Assembly (NCBI GenBank): GCA_001643675.2
Contig: LSRY02000018.1
Coordinates: 930,001 to 994,000, forward strand
Length of the DNA stretch: 64,000 nucleotides
DNA from: Monocercomonoides exilis PA203
Taxonomy: Eukaryota; Protista; Preaxostyla
Reading direction: 5' to 3'
Positions 60,070-64,000 of the stretch are shown one piece after another. The notes under the pieces were generated by a model, which saw nothing but the letters and a program-made list of their open reading frames with translations, made no database searches and was not told the origin of the DNA. The stretch's first letter is position 1. Each line of letters opens with the position of its first letter. Position numbers and translations under genes: made by a program.

Positions 60070-62193
60070 ATAGATAGATAGATAGAGAAAGAGAGAAAGA
60101 GAGAGAGAGAGATAAATGTGAAGACAATGATTAAAGATTAAAAAAATTGTGAAAGAATTTCAAATAAATTTTGAATTGAAAAGAAAAAAAGAAAAATGAT
60201 AAAAGAAAAAAGAAAAAAAAATTTCCTAATAAAAAAACAAGAATTATATCACAAACTTTTAATCTCTCCTCCTCCTCCTCTTCCTTCTCCTTCTCCCCTC
60301 CCAATCTTCCTCTCCTTCTCCCCCTTCATTCTATCCAATGCAACTCCCCTTGGCATCTCAACTGTAGAGACAGCTGTGTTTTCGAGGGCATCGTCAAAGC
60401 AGGTGTCGAAATAAGGCGAGGCAAAAGAAGGCAAAGTGAGGCTGAAGGCGTTTGAATGGGCAGAGGAAAGCAAAGATTGTGAAGTTATACGCTGGAATTT
60501 CAGAGGGATGTGGGTGAAGACGAAGAGAGAGGAAAGAGAGGGAAGAGAATGGAGTGATGTGAATGAGTCGGAGTGGAAGGGAGTGGTTAAATGAGGGAAT
60601 GAAGAAGAGGAAGAAGAAGAGGAAGAAGAAGAAGATGATGATGATGATGATGATGAACTAGATTTTGACGTGTCATTAAAATGAATAGCAGAAGATGTTT
60701 GTGTTTGTATTTTGCTTCCTTCTGCTGCAGAAGTATCCACTTTGATGGATTCTTGAGGTTTGAAAGTGTCGTTTTCGTTGTCTTCCTCTTTCAGGAAAAT
60801 CGGCTCTGGTGTTTTGTTCTGGCTGTTGGAAGAGGAATTGCGAAGAGAGACTGAGATTTAATGTTTTGTGTGGATATGAAAAAGGAGATTGAGGGAGAGA
60901 GAGAAAGAGAAAGAGAAGAATAAAAATAAAAATTGAAAACAAAAAATAAGAGAGAGGGGGAAAGATAGAGAAAAAGAATTTTATGTTAAAAAACGAAAAT
61001 GTGCATCTGTTGCATCTTTTGAAAATCAAAAAAAATTTTTTTGGCTTTCTTTTCTTTCACAAAATAATCAAATAAAAAAAGAAAGAAAAGAAAAGAAAAA
61101 AGTAGAAGAAGAAACTATTTCTCAAAGAATAACTTTATTAAAGTGAAAATCATTGATTGCCTATCATCGTTATAAAACACGGGCAAACACCCAAATAAAA
61201 AAGGGTTTTTTTTAAATAAAAACAAACTTTTGTCATTTAGAAAGCATGTGCTAAGTGCGACTAATCTCGCTTCTTTCGCAGAATGTCTTCCGATTCGATG
61301 GATGCACCATGTCGATGGATATGGCGAGCCTTCAAAAAAATTTTTTTGTTACAGAAAAAACAATTTAAAAAATATTAAAAATAAAAATTATTGAAGTTTG
61401 AAATTATTGATATTTCAGTAATATGACAGAAAAGCAAACATATTAACGGATTATAACGTTCTTGCCAGAGAGAAGAATTGATTTTTCCATAACTATCAAG
61501 GTTCTGCCTCATTTTTGAAGGAAACTCAATTGCAATATGTAATCCCAATAACACGCTAACTAAGTGTATTTTGTCTCCCGAAGATACTGGATCATTATCA
61601 TCCTTTGATGATGAAACTGGTAAAATTGTAAAGGCAGAAAATTCAGGAGAATTTGAAATAAAAATTTCTCCACCAAAATCTCCTTGTTTCATGCTCAAAT
61701 AATGATGGCCTAAAAAGGAACGGAAAATAACATTCTAGAATTTTGAATATTTTTTTGTTTGGAAAAATTTTCATTTGTTTTATAAATCACATTTTTATGT
61801 TTCAATGAAAGAAAAGAAATACCATTCCAAAACGTATTGCCTCATCCGCAGCATCAGAATAAGCCATGTCAGATGTTTCTGTGCACCCTTATAAGAAGTT
61901 CAAAGAAAGGTTAATTTTTATTAATATTGAGAAAAACCTGTTGGAAGTATTTCCCACAAATTTTGGCCAAAATAGCGGAAAATTTCAGAAGATGCATATT
62001 TTACATCTATAAAGCAAAAAAAAAATTTTTGTTGTGCTTCATTTAACTACAGAATAACTCAAAGAATAATACCGTCTTCCAAAAAAGTCATTGCCGAACA
62101 ATTTTTTGAAACAGAAACAAAAGAATAAATTCCTTGTTGATTTCCCTTCAGGAAGATAAAATCTCCAAATGAAAGATTTGCTAATTCATCCAT
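42231..62193 (-). CDS. Giant inositol 1,4,5-trisphosphate/ryanodine receptor-family Ca2+-release channel, 7 exons, ~6323 aa
   Basis: Exons 62193-62073, 62006-61938, 61887-61823, 61734-61440, 61329-61228, 60850-60257 and 59956-42231 (all GT-AG, phases consistent, 18972 nt). N-terminal beta-trefoil motifs L.FGD.I.L, I.FG, F.I.P......D.V..GDKI.L, and W.D.FFIRHFATGLYL. RIH-associated motifs FIHLLC.G.N..VQ and L..LV.GP...NQ. TM region, N...GVIID.F...R, CLICG and FENHI..EHN...Y. Confidence 0.9.
59965..60112. repeat. Compound microsatellite (GA)n/(GAGT)n/(GT)n/(GATA)n in the last intron of the IP3R-like gene
   Basis: Read directly; adjacent to the 3' splice site at 59957. Confidence 0.92.
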
Positions 62194-62594
62194 TTAAAGC
62201 AAAACAACATAAATTGGTAAATATTATGGGCATTTGACCAAATTTTTCAATATGATGGAAATGAAAACTTGTGTTCAACTTTTTTATCAATTATGCATCT
62301 CAAAGAAAATTATTCAAATACAAATTTTTTTGAAATGAGCGCTTTGATAATGGTGAAAATCATTTTGTTAAAAACAAAAACACTTAAGACATCATAAAAA
62401 GCAGCGAGCAAAATAACTTCTCAATTTTCAAGCGATAAAACAAGAAATATATCAAAACATATTTGAAAATTATTCATTCGATAAAATAATTTTTCTCAAA
62501 AAAGAAAGAAAGAAAGAAAATCACATAATTTCACAAAATGAAATGGTGGTGAACTGATTTATTCCTATTTCATTTAAGATTGAAAAATTACAGT

Positions 62595-63008
62595 TCACGA
62601 CATGATTGTAGCAACAATCTTTCTTGCACTTCCTGATCTTCTAAACTCGCACAAATAAATTCCTTGCCACGTTCCAAGATTTAATTGATTTTTTGTAATT
62701 GGAATGGTCAAATTGCAGCCAACAAGAGAACATTTTGCGTGAGCAGGCATATCGTCGGGTCCTTCACTAGTGTGTTTGTAGTACGGTTCTCTTTCCTTTA
62801 CCAATCTATTAAAAATCTCATCCATATCTTTCCTAACATCTGAATCAAAATTTTCGTTTATGGTGAGAGCAGCGGATGTGTGTTTAATAAATAATTGCAA
62901 AATTCCAACATTTGGCAAAGCAGGAAGATGCTCTTCAATCTCATCCGTTACCAGATGAATGCCTTTGCTTTTAGGAGATAAAGAAAATTCAACTTGTTGA
63001 AATGGCAT
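62595..63008 (-). CDS. yjbQ: YjbQ / UPF0047 family protein (secondary thiamine-phosphate synthase), 137 aa, intronless
   Basis: ATG at 63008. Motifs G.HLVT.EI, LFIKHTSAALTINEN.D.DVR.DM, Y.H..EGPDDMPAH.K, L.LGTWQGIYLCEFR. Confidence 0.93.
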   Translation of the reverse strand: MPFQQVEFSLSPKSKGIHLVTDEIEEHLPALPNVGILQLFIKHTSAALTINENFDSDVRKDMDEIFNRLVKEREPYYKHTSEGPDDMPAHAKCSLVGCNLTIPITKNQLNLGTWQGIYLCEFRRSGSARKIVATIMS

Positions 63009-63096
63009 TTTTGCACAAAAAAAGACTTGTGGATGATCATTCCCACTTTTATAATGAAAATTAATGAAAGATGTTAAATGGTTCTGATCAAAAGAG

Positions 63097-64000
63097 ATGG
63101 GTAAATTTGGCGACAGAGGTGCGTTAATTCTATTGTTTCGTTTATTTATTGTTACATATTCAATATTAAAGAGTATTGGAACGAAAGGTACACGGAAGAA
63201 AAAACGCCATTTGATTGGTATATGAGATGGAATGATGTGCATAAGTTTTTAAAACCTTATGTCCAAGACGACAGTAAAGTACTTGATTTAGGGTGCGGAA
63301 CATCAAGTGTGTTAAATTTAATTGTTTTTGTTCAATATGTGACTTGATTTTTTCATACTCCGAAAATAAAAAATTTTTCTCAGAAATTGCTGAAGAATTG
63401 TACAATGAAGGGAAACAAGATATTACATGCATTGACTTTTCAGAAGTTGTTATTAAGGATATGAGCGAGCTTCATGCGGGAAAACAACCTCATTTAAAGT
63501 GTTTGTTTTAATTTATTGTCTTTATAATTTTGAAATTAATTTGAAGATATTTGCATGGATGCATTGAATCTCGAGTTTCCTGATGAAAGCTTTGATGTTA
63601 TTATTGATAAAGGAACTTCTGATTCAGTGTTTACAGGAAGGCATTCTTATAGTAAAGTTGCAAAATTATTTGCAGAAGTTTCTCGTGTTTTAAAGATCGG
63701 TGGGAAATATATTATGATCACACATGCGCACCTTGATAGAAGGTTAGCTCATTTATCAAAGCCACAGTTTGGTTGGGAAATTAATCATCAAACATATCCC
63801 AAGTTTCCTGGTGCTCCGGCAGATCAGGTGCACTATATATATGTAATCAACAAAGTGAAGCCGTTTGAGGGAATTGACGAAAAGAAGTCATTGGAAGAAA
63901 CGTTCAAAGGGCTGGAATCAACAGAAGGAATAAGCAAAGAAGAAGTTGCAGAAATCGCTGAAGAGCGCCCAGAGGAGAAAATCGAAGAGAAAAAAGAATC
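63097..64000 (+). CDS. Class I SAM-dependent methyltransferase, EEF1AKMT4/METTL13-N (eEF1A lysine methyltransferase-like) family; 3' end beyond the window
   Basis: Exons 63097-63118, 63172-63306, 63384-63500 and 63547->64000 give FG..EYWNERY......FDWY, VLDLGCGTS, ITCIDFSEVVI, MDALNL.FPDESFDVIIDKGT.D and EVSRVLK.GGKYI.IT. Confidence 0.9.

Noticed and set aside
63009-63242. N-terminal extension of yjbQ given by the ORF track (215 aa)
   Set aside because: It overlaps exons of the opposite-strand methyltransferase, and family homology starts at ATG 63008.

Overview
AT-rich eukaryotic (protist) DNA with short GT-AG spliceosomal introns and the standard genetic code. Gene content and style resemble an anaerobic gut metamonad such as the oxymonad Monocercomonoides (inference, not verified). 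Intact host genes: a 4-exon RPS6 with a long histone-H1-like tail, a bacterial-type DUF2804 gene, a 2479-aa beta-helix/TM/pseudokinase receptor-like protein, a 7-exon ~6323-aa IP3R/RyR-family channel, an intronless bacterial-type yjbQ, and an EEF1AKMT4/METTL13-like methyltransferase that runs off the end. Positions 1-6 kb hold pseudogenes (beta-helix protein, Merlin/IS1595 transposase, long-chain acyl-CoA synthetase) and two foldback MITEs. Positions 11.6-31.9 kb are a nested transposon complex whose history can be rebuilt from this window alone. A small CAGATATCGC foldback MITE was hit by (i) a 9.0-kb DD34E Tc1/IS630-type element with minisatellite TIRs and ~5 kb of gene-fragment cargo, (ii) a 3.26-kb non-autonomous element with 570-bp TIRs, 8-bp TSDs and a captured host-gene fragment, and (iii) further nested MITEs. 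A second, inverted copy of the 3.26-kb element split a pogo transposase. The 3.9 kb between the two copies has been inverted, as shown by exchanged 8-bp TSDs. All alignments and family assignments were made by eye; no searches were run.
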